Shown one piece after another: positions 1 to 10,029 of a stretch of DNA of 64,000 bases (positions are counted from its first letter, which is position 1; every line of letters starts with the position of its first letter). This DNA is from an uncultured Pseudomonadales bacterium (GTDB lineage: Bacteria; Patescibacteriota; Microgenomatia; UBA1400; PJMF01). The notes beneath the pieces are model-generated. The model made no database searches and had not been told where the DNA came from. It worked only from the letters and a program-made list of their open reading frames with translations. The stretch is from assembly GCA_964570365.1 (NCBI GenBank), contig CAZMXT010000002.1, forward strand, positions 57,752 to 121,751, given 5' to 3'. The position numbers and the translations under genes are program-made.

Positions 1-229
1 TTGACGCGATCATTCGAGAGCTGTTTCTCTCTCAGTCAGCGAAACGAAAAAAATAATGGCCTAGATCAATAATTTTCTCAGTAATCTTGGAAACTTGAAA
101 CAAAAGTTTAATTTTTTTTCAGTGCAACCCAAGCTTTCTTCTTATTGACTAACTTACCAATAATGTAAAAACTATTCGTGAATATTACTGGGGAAGTGTA
201 TGCTTCCAATTATACGTACAATAAATGAT

Positions 230-745
230 TTATCGTTTTGGAGATTGCTTGGCTCGGCGAGCTTTACCACCAGTTCCAATTTTGCGAGTTTCCTTCATAC
301 GGTCATCGCGGGTGAGCAAGTTGCGTGGCTTCAATACTGCTCGAAAATCAGGATTTAATTTGACTAGGGCGCGAGACAGAGCTTGGATCAAGGCATCGAG
401 CTGGGAAGGAATTCCAGAGCCTTCAACTTTGACTGAGACTCCGTACTTACCTTGAGTGTCAGTAACTGTAAAAGGTAAATTGTACATACTTGGAGCATTC
501 TTGACTGAGCTGAAGTAATCACCGGCAACTTTACCGTTAACGACAAAGTTTCCCGCTTCATTATACAATCGAACGCGAGCAGTAGCAGTTTTACGACGAC
601 CAACAGTAGCTACAAACTCACCCTTTGGCATTACTACCGCTGGAACTGAAGTTTTTGCCACTTTTTCAGCTGCAACTTGAGCAGGTGCTTTTTGTTTCTT
701 GACGATTTTTTGAATAGAGATTTTTTTCTTGAGTTTATTGGCCAT
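230..745 (-). CDS. rpsI: 30S ribosomal protein S9 with Lys-rich N-terminal extension
   Basis: VGRRKTATARV, LLTRDDRMKETRKIG...KQSPKR C-terminus; follows rplM. Confidence 0.97.
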   Translation of the reverse strand: MANKLKKKISIQKIVKKQKAPAQVAAEKVAKTSVPAVVMPKGEFVATVGRRKTATARVRLYNEAGNFVVNGKVAGDYFSSVKNAPSMYNLPFTVTDTQGKYGVSVKVEGSGIPSQLDALIQALSRALVKLNPDFRAVLKPRNLLTRDDRMKETRKIGTGGKARRAKQSPKR

Positions 746-749
746 AAAA

Positions 750-1184
750 TTATGCTTGTTCTGCTTGCTTAGAGCCTAGTTGGCTTTGGTGAGCGTGCTC
801 GGCAGTTGGATATACTTTTAAGCGAGCCATTCGAGGCTGTCGCAAGCGGTTATCAGGTAACATATTATAAACTGCGCGCTCAATAATTTTTTCTGGGTTC
901 TTGACTTGTAACTCCGCAAAAGAAGCTTGGCGCAGACCACCTGGGAATAGGGAGTGATCATAGTACTTCTTCTTATTGGCTTTGTTACCGGTAATGTGAA
1001 CTAAGCCAGCATTTACTACTACCACAAAGTCACCATTATCGATGTGGGGGGTAAACGTTGGCTTATTTTTACCCATTAACTTGAGCGCAACTTCGGTTGC
1101 AGCTTGACCCAAAACACGATCTTTGACATCAATCAGATGCCATTCGTGCTTCACTTCTGCTGTTTTCTGCATGTAGGTTTTCAT
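750..1184 (-). CDS. rplM: 50S ribosomal protein L13
   Basis: WHLIDV..VLG, LMGKNKPTFTPHIDNGDFVVVVNA, HSLFPGGL. Confidence 0.98.
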   Translation of the reverse strand: MKTYMQKTAEVKHEWHLIDVKDRVLGQAATEVALKLMGKNKPTFTPHIDNGDFVVVVNAGLVHITGNKANKKKYYDHSLFPGGLRQASFAELQVKNPEKIIERAVYNMLPDNRLRQPRMARLKVYPTAEHAHQSQLGSKQAEQA

Positions 1185-1189
1185 ATAGG

Positions 1190-1768
1190 TTACTTCGTGG
1201 CAGCCTTTGCTTTTTTGACTGCGCCTTGCTTGACGGGTTTGGCGACTACTTTGCTAGCAGCTTTCTTTGGTTCTGGACTACTCTTAGCTGGTGCGTTTAC
1301 TTCAGCTTTTACTGACTTGGTAGCAGCTCTTCGGCCGTCCGCCACGCCTTGCTTGGCGGCTTTTACTCTCACTGGGTGAGTTTTCCCACTCTTTAAAGTT
1401 CCAGTCACTTCAGCTTGTTTAACAAATGAAATTTTGACCATTGGGGTGTTATCACCACGGCGATTACCAACTGGGGTAATCCGAGTAAAACCTGAGGTTC
1501 GATCACTCATGGCTGGAGCAACTCGGTCTACGAGCGTAGAAACCACGTCTCGCTTTCCAAAAACCCGATGTAACCCTCGGCGAGTTGCCAGAGTATCATC
1601 TTGAGCTTTATGGACAAGCTTATCAGCTAATCGCTTCAATACTTTGGCTTTGGCTTGAGTGGTAGTGATTTCGCCTCGTTCAGTCAAGTTGCGCAGTAAG
1701 CCCATCAACAGTGCTTTGCGTTGGTTTGAATCTCGATTGAATTTCTTATCAGCGACGCGATGTCTCAT
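1190..1768 (-). CDS. rplQ: 50S ribosomal protein L17 with long Lys/Ala-rich C-terminal tail
   Basis: MRHRVADKKFNRDSNQRKALL, ITTTQAKAK, SGFTRI..RRGDNTPM; start placed at ATG 1768. Confidence 0.96.
   Translation of the reverse strand: MRHRVADKKFNRDSNQRKALLMGLLRNLTERGEITTTQAKAKVLKRLADKLVHKAQDDTLATRRGLHRVFGKRDVVSTLVDRVAPAMSDRTSGFTRITPVGNRRGDNTPMVKISFVKQAEVTGTLKSGKTHPVRVKAAKQGVADGRRAATKSVKAEVNAPAKSSPEPKKAASKVVAKPVKQGAVKKAKAATK
1323..1360. repeat. 38-nt palindromic element, copy 1 (in rplQ tail)
   Basis: gcagctcttcggccgtccgccacgccttgcttggcggc; near-identical to copies at 9017-9054 and 12486-12523. Confidence 0.9.
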
Positions 1769-1780
1769 ACAAATCCTCAA

Positions 1781-2722
1781 TTAGCCTAAGCTGACGCCTT
1801 TCTTTAAAAGAGCATCATTGATCAGATCCACACTCTTGCCACCTAAGTTCTTGACTTTAGAGACTACTTCTCTTGGTGCGCCGACCAGGTCTCCCACGGT
1901 CTTGAATCCACCTTTGCGCAGTGCATTGGCAATGCGGGTTGGCAGGTCAAGTTCCTCGACAGTTAGTCGTAAGACTTCTGCCTCTTCGGGACTCAACTGC
2001 ACATCTGCTTCTGGAACAGCTTCTACAGCTGGGCTGAAAATTTGAGTGAACTGGCGGGCTAAGATGCGAGCAGATTGTTGCACTGCTTCCAAAGGAGTCA
2101 TTGCACCATTACTCTGAACTTCTAACAGAACTCGATCATAGTCTGTGCGGCGACCGACACGGGTTGATTCCACATTGTAGGCAACTCGAACCACTGGGGA
2201 GAACAAGGCATCCACTGGAATTTCTCCCAAACTGACTTCTTTGCGCTCATTGGCCACTGAGTAGCCAACACCTGGCTCAACAGTCATCTCTACTTTGAGA
2301 GACTTTCCAGCAGCGAGGGTGGTGATGTATTGGTCTTTGTTGACTACTTCAAAGCCTGAATCTGGATCAATATCAGCAGCTGTGACTTCTTTGGCTCCCT
2401 TGAGCTCTAAGCGTAAGACGCCTGGAGTAGAGCTACTAGATTTAATCCGAATTTCTTTAATGTTCAAGATCATTTCCAAAACATCTTCTTTCAAACCTTC
2501 GAGTGTTGAAAATTGATGATCAACACCAGAAATGCGCACCTTGGTGATTGCCATTCCTGGTAAAGAACTCAACATCACCCGACGAAGAGCATTGCCTAGA
2601 GTATGTCCATACCCTTGCTCTAATGGCTCAATGACGATCGTTGCTTGGGTAGCAGTACTATCGTTATCAACCACGGTAAAGCTAGGGTTCATAGCCTCGT
2701 ATTGGTCAAAGTTTTGATTCAT
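1781..2722 (-). CDS. rpoA: RNA polymerase alpha subunit
   Basis: IEPLEQGYGHTLGNALRRVMLSS, IPVDALFSPV, alpha-CTD KNLGGKS; AAGGAG SD. Confidence 0.98.
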   Translation of the reverse strand: MNQNFDQYEAMNPSFTVVDNDSTATQATIVIEPLEQGYGHTLGNALRRVMLSSLPGMAITKVRISGVDHQFSTLEGLKEDVLEMILNIKEIRIKSSSSTPGVLRLELKGAKEVTAADIDPDSGFEVVNKDQYITTLAAGKSLKVEMTVEPGVGYSVANERKEVSLGEIPVDALFSPVVRVAYNVESTRVGRRTDYDRVLLEVQSNGAMTPLEAVQQSARILARQFTQIFSPAVEAVPEADVQLSPEEAEVLRLTVEELDLPTRIANALRKGGFKTVGDLVGAPREVVSKVKNLGGKSVDLINDALLKKGVSLG

Positions 2723-2776
2723 ATATCTTTCTCCTTGTTTCGCCGCCCCATGTGGGACTCTGTGTCTGGATTATTA

Positions 2777-3385
2777 TTATCTACTATAAAATTCTACAAT
2801 TAATTGTTCTTCAATCGCTTCTCTAATTTCTGAACGCTCAGCAAAGCGAGTGATCTTCCCAGCCGCACCTTTTCGCTGTAACCAAGCTGGAATCTCAGCA
2901 GACTCTTCTTTGAGACGCTCAGCAATGGCTGGACTGGTCACAAAGGTACTCTTGACTGTAATGACGTCATTTACTCTGACTGTATAGGAGGCGATGTCCA
3001 TTTTCTTGCCATTGACTAAGATGTGGCCATGAGAGACGGTTTGACGAGCAGCACTGCGTGTCCCGGCCCAACCTAATCTGTACACAACATTATCTAAGCG
3101 ACGCTCTAAAAGATCGAGTAATGCCGCACCAGTAGAAGTTGGATTTTTGGTCGCTACTTCATAGAGATGTCGCAACTGTTTCTCAGTCACGCCATAGATG
3201 TACTTCACTTTTTGTTTTTCTTTTAACTGGATACCGTAGTCTGATAACTTACGTCGACCTTTAGCGCCATGTTGACCTGGACGGTTGGCAATCACTCGGG
3301 CCACTTTGACTGAGTTGGTTTTCAGACCAAGGTCTTCACCAATTCGACGTGCTAGCTTGTTTTTAGAACCTGTGTATCTTGACAT
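2777..3385 (-). CDS. rpsD: 30S ribosomal protein S4
   Basis: MSRYTG, PGQHG, LSDYGIQLKEKQK, LERRLDNVVYRLG, IVEFYSR. Confidence 0.98.
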   Translation of the reverse strand: MSRYTGSKNKLARRIGEDLGLKTNSVKVARVIANRPGQHGAKGRRKLSDYGIQLKEKQKVKYIYGVTEKQLRHLYEVATKNPTSTGAALLDLLERRLDNVVYRLGWAGTRSAARQTVSHGHILVNGKKMDIASYTVRVNDVITVKSTFVTSPAIAERLKEESAEIPAWLQRKGAAGKITRFAERSEIREAIEEQLIVEFYSR

Positions 3386-3390
3386 AAATA

Positions 3391-3792
3391 TTACCGATTA
3401 TGCTTTGCTTTGCGAGGCTTTGTTCCGTTATGTGGAACTGGAGTCATGTCAGCAATCATGCCAACGCGAATCTTTTGTGCTCGCAACACCCGAAGGGCTG
3501 CATCGCGTCCGGGGCCTGGCCCCTTCAAAAATACGTCCATTTCATTCATTCCAAAAGCTTTTGCTTTATTGACGGCGTTCTCCACAGTGACTGTCGCTGC
3601 ATATGGACTAGACTTGCGTGAGCCACTAAATCCGGAAGCTCCCGTAGAAGCCCAGCAGATCACGCTGCCTTTTTCATCTGTCACACTCACTAAGGTGTTA
3701 TTAAAGGTGGCGGTGATGTAAATTCGGCCACGAGGAATCACTTTAATGACTTTTCGTGGTGCGGCTTTTGTAGTTGAGGAAGGAGTTGGCAT
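3391..3792 (-). CDS. rpsK: 30S ribosomal protein S11
   Basis: ATFNNTLVSVTD, GSRKSSPYAA, KGPGPGR, DMTPVPHNG. Confidence 0.98.
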   Translation of the reverse strand: MPTPSSTTKAAPRKVIKVIPRGRIYITATFNNTLVSVTDEKGSVICWASTGASGFSGSRKSSPYAATVTVENAVNKAKAFGMNEMDVFLKGPGPGRDAALRVLRAQKIRVGMIADMTPVPHNGTKPRKAKHNR

Positions 3793-3801
3793 ATTAAGTG
3801 A

Positions 3802-4209
3802 TTATTTAGTGGTTTTAGCTGCGTCAAGCTTGGTCGCCATTTCTTTACTGATTGCTCCCACTGCCATGCGTTTCTTGCCCTTGCGAGTACGTGCATTTGA
3901 CTTGGTGCGTTGGCCACGTGTTGGTAAGCCCATTTTGTGGCGAAGACCACGATATGAACCAATTCTCTTTAAACGATCCACATTTTCTCGAATTAAACGA
4001 CGGAGGTTCCCCTCAACGTTATATTTTTCAAGAACGCGTTGAATCTTATTAATTTCATCACCAGTTAAGTCTTTGGCACGTCTATCTGAGTCCACATTGG
4101 CTTCTTTTAAGACCTCCATAGCAGTTTTTGGACCAATTCCATACAAATATCTCAACGAGATGAAGATCTTTTTGTTGTCTGGAATATCAATACCGGAAAT
4201 ACGTGGCAT
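3802..4209 (-). CDS. rpsM: 30S ribosomal protein S13
   Basis: MPRISGIDIP, YRGLRHKMGLPTRGQRTKSNARTRKG. Confidence 0.98.
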   Translation of the reverse strand: MPRISGIDIPDNKKIFISLRYLYGIGPKTAMEVLKEANVDSDRRAKDLTGDEINKIQRVLEKYNVEGNLRRLIRENVDRLKRIGSYRGLRHKMGLPTRGQRTKSNARTRKGKKRMAVGAISKEMATKLDAAKTTK

Positions 4210-4216
4210 GTCTCAA

Positions 4217-4333
4217 TTATCCTTGGCGCTGCTTGTGTTTGGCACTGACTGAACAGATTACATACAACACGCCTTTACGACGCAGATGTTTGCAGCCTCG
4301 ACACATTTTTTTTACTGATGATCGTACTTTCAT
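4217..4333 (-). CDS. rpmJ: 50S ribosomal protein L36 (not in the ORF track)
   Basis: Hand translation [38 protein letters not shown]; zinc-ribbon form, between infA and rpsM. Confidence 0.97.
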   Translation of the reverse strand: MKVRSSVKKMCRGCKHLRRKGVLYVICSVSAKHKQRQG

Positions 4334-4416
4334 AACTTTTTCGCTGTTGTTCACTAGATGTGAGTCGAATGACAACAGAGGTGAAATATACCTTAAAAGC
4401 GTATTTTTGAAAAGTC

Positions 4417-4746
4417 CTAGTTTGAATGCAAGGCTTTTTGGGTTGATCTATACGTTATTTTACACTTTTTGAGGTCATATTTAGAGACATATCCCTTGAC
4501 TAAATCGCCTGGAAGTACGCGAATTCTGAATAATCGCATCTTTCCCGCCAATGTACCCAACAAAACTTGTCCTACCAGCTGAGGTGCAGTGGCATTTGTA
4601 ATCTTGACCCGAAACATGGTGTTTGGCAGGCACTCTTCCACTTCACCCTCCATATCGAAGATGTCATCACGTTTATCAGCATCATTACCAGCATCAACCT
4701 GTCTTCTGGCTTTAGCGGCACGCTTATGTTCTTGGACTTTTCCCAT
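4417..4746 (-). CDS. infA: Translation initiation factor IF-1 with N-terminal extension
   Basis: [45 protein letters not shown]. Confidence 0.93.
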   Translation of the reverse strand: MGKVQEHKRAAKARRQVDAGNDADKRDDIFDMEGEVEECLPNTMFRVKITNATAPQLVGQVLLGTLAGKMRLFRIRVLPGDLVKGYVSKYDLKKCKITYRSTQKALHSN

Positions 4747-4801
4747 AGGGGGTATTATACTCGATAAAGTGAAATAAGACTATTCTTAGGTTGTCTGTTT
4801 T

Positions 4802-5838
4802 ATGCTCTACGCCAGTCGCGATAAACCTGATTTTGTCCGCTACTTTCAAGTACTTACTGACCTGATCGCAATATTTTGGCAATTTCATCTTCAGGAAATT
4901 GAAGAGGGGAGAAGAAGTTTTTCCTCAATGGTTAATACTGAGAAATTTATAAAAGATGATGTGAGAGAATCCCCTTTAATCCAGAAGTACTGGTTCACAG
5001 TAAGCCAAAATTAAACGATGCCAGCACAGGCTTTTACCTTGAAGATGGAGAACATGAAGATATTCTCAGCTTCTATACAGACGGCATCTATCAAGAACTA
5101 AGTAAAAGCTGGAATAATTTTTTTGGTGGCTCCGAAGAAAGTGTTGGCCAGGCCAAAAAAGTAATTTCACGCTTTCTTAGGAGGAAAAAGGGACCTTATG
5201 TAGAAGACCCTTTTGTAAAGTCACTCATCAGTGAGGCAGAACTATTAGGACCACTCATCTCTCGAGTAGGTACAGCTGCAGAAGGCTACTCCTTGAGGGA
5301 TGTACTCCAGCGAGGAAGTCGCACTGGAAGTGAAGCTGCTGGCTCATTAGTGGCTATGAGAAATGTCTTTCAAAAGTATGATTTGGCTAAAGCAGCGCTG
5401 ATTATTTCAAAAGTAACGATTGATCATGTAAGTGATGTCAGATCTGGACTCACTTCTAAAGGAGAGTATCACGCTTTTGACCACAATGCCCAAACGAAAC
5501 ATCATCTAGACTTGGATCAGCTTAAATCCTATGGATTAGGCAAAGCACTCGGTTGTCCCGCGGGCCTATTACCGAGCCAGGAATGTAAAGCATATTTACA
5601 AAAAAAAGGAGTTACTCGAGAAGGTTCAATGCTAGAAGATTTTGCGAAGCAGGTGGGTGAGCGTTTCCATCGCGATGTGGAGATATGGTTTGGTAAACTA
5701 AACGGGGTAGATCAAGAGAAGTTTATCGATCCAGAACTTCTTAAACTCCTCCGCGGTGAAGTTCCTTGGGCCAAACCCGAAGGCAGTGCCCGCCTAGAAG
5801 GCGCAGCTCCTCACCCCCATTCAGAGAAGCTGGGATAA
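4802..5838 (+). pseudogene. Orphan gene inserted against the ribosomal cluster, apparently split by a -1 frameshift near 4972-4978
   Basis: Frame of ORF 5293-5838 is stop-free back to 4960 with no ATG/GTG/TTG start before 5293; it overlaps ORF 4802-5014 at CCCCTTTA. Confidence 0.5.
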
Positions 5839-5852
5839 CTGCTGCAGTTTTT

Positions 5853-6602
5853 TTAGTACGCAGTCAAGATCTGCGGCCCATTTTTAGTAATTAAAACCGT
5901 GTGTTCGATCATCCCTGACAAAGAACCATCAACGGTTCGTTGGGTCCAGCCATCTGCATCGACATACAGATCTGGTTTTCCCATGGTGTACATGATCTCA
6001 ATAGCGACAGTTTGGCCTTCAAAGAACAGCACCCGTTTATCTCGCCTAATGGCGACACAAGGAATGCTCGGATCTTCATGTAGCTGCTTGCTAATTCCAT
6101 GCCCAGTGAGTTGGTGCACCGCGCCATAGCCATGGCGCTCCACTGTCTTTTGCATGGCAGAGCTGACGTCATATACGGAGTTGCCGATTACAGCTTGAGA
6201 AATTGCCTTATCTAGAGCATTCTGACCAACTTTTAGGAACTCGAGAACTTCAGCTGGAGCTTTCCCGTAAATAGCCGAGGCAGTGGTATCAACGTGAAAG
6301 CCTTGATAGAGCAGACCAACGTCAATCGTAATCAGGTCACCATCCAGAATAACTTTGTCTTTACTAGGAATACCGTGACAGACTTCATCGTTCTTCATGA
6401 TGCAGGTTGCCCAGTGGTAGCCAGGAACTAAAGCAAAGTTGGGCACCGCGCCATGCTGCTGAATTAGTTTCTGCGCCAAAGCCTCGATCTGGGAAAAGTT
6501 TTTACCAACTTCAGCAAACTTGACTAACTCCTCCCTGATCATCCCGAGAATACGGCCGCCTTCAGTCATGGCTTTAATCTTAGTTTGGGTCTGAGCTTCC
6601 AT
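5853..6602 (-). CDS. map: Methionine aminopeptidase type I
   Basis: NDEVCHGIPS, TIDVG..GFHVDT, LTGHGI..LHEDP, EHTVLITKNGPQILT. Confidence 0.97.
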   Translation of the reverse strand: MEAQTQTKIKAMTEGGRILGMIREELVKFAEVGKNFSQIEALAQKLIQQHGAVPNFALVPGYHWATCIMKNDEVCHGIPSKDKVILDGDLITIDVGLLYQGFHVDTTASAIYGKAPAEVLEFLKVGQNALDKAISQAVIGNSVYDVSSAMQKTVERHGYGAVHQLTGHGISKQLHEDPSIPCVAIRRDKRVLFFEGQTVAIEIMYTMGKPDLYVDADGWTQRTVDGSLSGMIEHTVLITKNGPQILTAY

Positions 6603-6622
6603 AGAACTTTCTAACTCTGGAA

Positions 6623-7156
6623 TTAGGCCAATTGCTGCACGATGACTTCAAAAACCTGCTCCATAGAAAGTTCGCCATTGACCTGGATCAGCTGACCATT
6701 GTTGCGATAGTACTCAATGACCGTCTCTGTAAGCTCGTGGAAAAGCTGAATTCGTTTGCGAATCGCTTGTAAGTTCTCATCTTCGCGGTCTGTTACACGA
6801 CCTGAAATACGCCACAAGGCTTCTTTATCGCTCACATCGATGAAAATAACTTTATCCACGCCACTTTGGAAAGCTTCAGCTTGAACCACTGTGCGAGGAA
6901 AACCATCCAAGATATACCCATGCGCATACTCCGGCTTCTTTAAGTACTCCATGATAATTTCTAAGGTCAATTTATCGGGAACCAGCAGTCCTGCATTTAA
7001 GGTTTCCTTGAGTGTACGGCCGATTGAGCCTTTGTCCTTAGACATTTCTCGGAAGATGTGACCTGAAGACAGGTACGGAATCTTAAACTTTTCCGCTAAC
7101 AAATTTCCTTGAGTGGACTTGCCCGCACCTTGAATACCGATCAACACAAGTTTCAT
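6623..7156 (-). CDS. adk: Adenylate kinase, short form without the long LID domain
   Basis: GIQGAGKSTQ P-loop, GYILDGFPRT; between secY and map. Confidence 0.92.
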   Translation of the reverse strand: MKLVLIGIQGAGKSTQGNLLAEKFKIPYLSSGHIFREMSKDKGSIGRTLKETLNAGLLVPDKLTLEIIMEYLKKPEYAHGYILDGFPRTVVQAEAFQSGVDKVIFIDVSDKEALWRISGRVTDREDENLQAIRKRIQLFHELTETVIEYYRNNGQLIQVNGELSMEQVFEVIVQQLA

Positions 7157-7192
7157 ACTGCTCCTTATAGGTTTTTTGTTTTGGGTAATTTG

Positions 7193-8476
7193 TTAAATAT
7201 ATTTATCGTAGTTTTCACCGACTAGCATACCATCCAGTTGTTTGGCAGTCTCTAAGACTACTGAAACCACGATCAGCATACTGGTTCCCCCGATAGCCAG
7301 CGACTGGAAACCTGAGAGGCCTTGGGCCACTGAAGGTAAAATTGCAATAAAGCCTAGGAAAAGCGCGCCAATAAAAGTAATTCTGACCACCACATACTCA
7401 AGGAACTTTTTGGTTGGTCCACCCGGACGAATACCTGGGACAAAGGCGCCACTTTTCTTCAGCTCTTCAGAAATATCCCCGGCATTGAAGAAGATAAGCG
7501 CTGAGAAGTAGGTAAACAAGAAGACGATCAAAAAATAAGTAATGATGTAGATTGGAGCAGTGGGCGCAAACCAAATCGTCAGGTTTTGACCTAAGCGAGC
7601 CAGCTGCGGCTGCGAAAGACCGAGGAAGAATCGACCTACTAAAGGTGGAGCCAACATAATCGTCACGGCAAAGATGATTGGCATCACCCCAGCGACGTTG
7701 ATCTTAATTGGAAAGTGAGTGGTTTGGCCACCAATTGCTTTGCCAGCTCTGAGTCGTTTCGCATATTGAATCTGGACCTTACGAATCGCTTCATTCATAA
7801 AGACCATCAAAGTAATAACTCCCAGGAATAAGAGTCCAAAAATTCCAACTTTGACAAAGTCTTGAGTGGTTGTAACTGAAAGGACTTGCGCAGTAGCGAT
7901 TGGTAACTGACCGACAATACCAGCAAACAACACCATCGAGATACCATTGCCAATTCCATAAAGGGTCACCAACTCTCCTAACCACATTAGCACCATTGCA
8001 CCTGCGACTAGGGTGAAGAGCATCGCAATAATAGAGAGAGGGTCACTAGCACTTAGTAAGGATTGAGAACGGAGAAAGGCTAGGACCGAAATGCTTTGGA
8101 CCACTGCAATCGGCACGCTCAGCAGTCGAGTGTATTGATTCAGACGTTCTCGACCACTTTCGCCTTCTTTCTGCATTTCCTTGAGTGGTGGGAAGATCAT
8201 CCCTCCCAGCTGAATCACAATTGAAGCCGTAATATATGGGTTAATACCGACCGCCATCACTGAGAAGTTGGCCAATGTACCGCCAGAGAAAATATTGAGC
8301 ACACTCAAGAGTTGATTTGAAGCAAAAAGACTACGAATTTGAGAGACGTCTACGCCTGGAACTGGCACGTGAGCCAGGAGGCGGAAAATAAAAAATACTC
8401 CAGCCGTGAAAAAGATCTTTTTTCGAACGACAGGATTGGAAAAAATGCGTTGAATACCGGCAAGAATTTGCTTCAT
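7193..8476 (-). CDS. secY: Preprotein translocase SecY
   Basis: HVPVPGVD, GINPYITASIV, GIGNGISM, AGVMPIIFA, PGIRPG. Confidence 0.98.
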   Translation of the reverse strand: MKQILAGIQRIFSNPVVRKKIFFTAGVFFIFRLLAHVPVPGVDVSQIRSLFASNQLLSVLNIFSGGTLANFSVMAVGINPYITASIVIQLGGMIFPPLKEMQKEGESGRERLNQYTRLLSVPIAVVQSISVLAFLRSQSLLSASDPLSIIAMLFTLVAGAMVLMWLGELVTLYGIGNGISMVLFAGIVGQLPIATAQVLSVTTTQDFVKVGIFGLLFLGVITLMVFMNEAIRKVQIQYAKRLRAGKAIGGQTTHFPIKINVAGVMPIIFAVTIMLAPPLVGRFFLGLSQPQLARLGQNLTIWFAPTAPIYIITYFLIVFLFTYFSALIFFNAGDISEELKKSGAFVPGIRPGGPTKKFLEYVVVRITFIGALFLGFIAILPSVAQGLSGFQSLAIGGTSMLIVVSVVLETAKQLDGMLVGENYDKYI

Positions 8477-8922
8477 GACTGAGCAGCTTCGATAGTACCA
8501 CCTTGCTGCTCAATTATTGTAGCAGCATTTTTGGAAACCGGGATACCACGGACGATCACTTTGCGACTTAAAGTACCATTATTGATAATTTTGGCTTTTC
8601 TAAAACGACCTTCAATGACTTTTTCGAGCTTCAATGTATCGAGGGTGATGATATCAGCTTTCATTTTGTCGATCTCAGATAAAGAAACTGCTGCAGCTGG
8701 ATCCAACACATTAAAACGTTTCTTACCCCTCAACATTGGTAAACGCTTAATTAAAGGTAATTGGCCACCTTCAAACCAGGCTGGAGCCTGACCACTCTTG
8801 CGAGATCGTTGACCCTTGGAACCACGACCCACCGTATGATTTCCCTTGCCAGATCCAGTGCCACGACCAAGTCGTTTGGCTGGTTTATCGACAATTTTGG
8901 TTAAGGTTTTCAGTAAAGACAT
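8473..8922 (-). CDS. rplO: 50S ribosomal protein L15
   Basis: RLGRGTGSGKG, GRGSKGQRSR, FEGGQLPLIKRLP. Confidence 0.97.
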   Translation of the reverse strand: MSLLKTLTKIVDKPAKRLGRGTGSGKGNHTVGRGSKGQRSRKSGQAPAWFEGGQLPLIKRLPMLRGKKRFNVLDPAAAVSLSEIDKMKADIITLDTLKLEKVIEGRFRKAKIINNGTLSRKVIVRGIPVSKNAATIIEQQGGTIEAAQS

Positions 8923-8928
8923 ACAGAG

Positions 8929-9666
8929 CTACTTTTTGACTACTTTTTTAAGAACTTTTTTGACTACAGGCTTTTGAGTAGGAGCAGGAGTAGTCTCAGT
9001 TTTAACACCCTTTTCTGCAGCTCTCTGGCCGTCCGCCACGCTTGGCTTGGCGGCAGGTTTATTGGCTGCAGCTGCTTTTTCACTTAATTCGCGCAACTTC
9101 TTTTGCTCTTCACGCTCAATCTCAGAAATTGACTTTAAGCGAATCCCTTTCAGGGCCACGATTTTTTGAATTCGACGTAAGGCTTCAAAAGTTGCATAGA
9201 CACTCACTGACTGATTACTTGAGCCTAGGATTTTACTTGAGATGTCACGGATCCCAGCGGCTTCGACCACAGCGCGAACTGGTCCACCAGCAATGACTCC
9301 AGAACCCTTTGGGGCTGGCTTTAACATGACTCGGCCAGCACCAAGCTTGGCCACGATCGAGAAAGGGATGGTGGTTCCATCTAAAGGAACGGTAATCATT
9401 TTCTTCTTGGCTTTTTTGACACCTTTGCGAATTGCAGATTGAACATCTTTAGATTTACCAAGTCCGACACCAACGCGACCTTTGCGGTCACCCACTACCA
9501 TTAAAATTGAGAAACCCATCTTGTTGCCACCCTTGGTTTTTTTAGACACACGGGAAACTGAGATGACTTTTTCTTCAAACTCTTTATCGTCACGAGTTGC
9601 GGCAACGTTTTGAGCGACTACTTTGAGTTTTTTATCGTTAGAAATGGTATTGGTTGGATCTATCAT
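8929..9666 (-). CDS. rpsE: 30S ribosomal protein S5 with long C-terminal tail
   Basis: RVSKKTKGG, VGDRKGRVGVGLGK, PAPKGSGVIAGGPVRAV. Confidence 0.97.
   Translation of the reverse strand: MIDPTNTISNDKKLKVVAQNVAATRDDKEFEEKVISVSRVSKKTKGGNKMGFSILMVVGDRKGRVGVGLGKSKDVQSAIRKGVKKAKKKMITVPLDGTTIPFSIVAKLGAGRVMLKPAPKGSGVIAGGPVRAVVEAAGIRDISSKILGSSNQSVSVYATFEALRRIQKIVALKGIRLKSISEIEREEQKKLRELSEKAAAANKPAAKPSVADGQRAAEKGVKTETTPAPTQKPVVKKVLKKVVKK
9017..9054. repeat. 38-nt palindromic element, copy 2 (in rpsE tail)
   Basis: gcagctctctggccgtccgccacgcttggcttggcggc. Confidence 0.9.
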
Positions 9667-9672
9667 AAAGAT

Positions 9673-10026
9673 TTATACCTCTAATCCTTGTTCTCGCATG
9701 ACTTCTGCGACGGCGCGAACGCGACCATGGTATTTATAACTGCCGCGATCGAAGACGAGTTTCTTGACTTTGGCTGTTTTTAATTTTTCGGCTAACTGCT
9801 TTGCTGCTGCTTGGGCGCGCTCCACCTTGGTGCCTGTTTTTGCAGAAAGCTGCTTGGTGCTTGAGTAGGCAACTGTTTTTCCCTGTGAGTCATCAATGAC
9901 TTGCAAATAAATTTCTTTATTTGAGCGGAACACAGACAGACGAGGTCTCTCAGTTTTGCCGCGCACTTTAGAACTGACGCGTAACTTACGTTTTTGAATA
10001 GCTGTTTTTTGATGCGAAATCTTCAT
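9673..10026 (-). CDS. rplR: 50S ribosomal protein L18
   Basis: RPRLSVFRSNKEIYLQVIDD, VFDRGSYKYHGRV. Confidence 0.98.
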   Translation of the reverse strand: MKISHQKTAIQKRKLRVSSKVRGKTERPRLSVFRSNKEIYLQVIDDSQGKTVAYSSTKQLSAKTGTKVERAQAAAKQLAEKLKTAKVKKLVFDRGSYKYHGRVRAVAEVMREQGLEV

Positions 10027-10029
10027 ATC

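Noticed and set aside
1-229. Possible gene or RNA downstream of rpsI
   Set aside because: Only a TATAAT (209-214, minus strand) and short frames are visible; not enough sequence to call.
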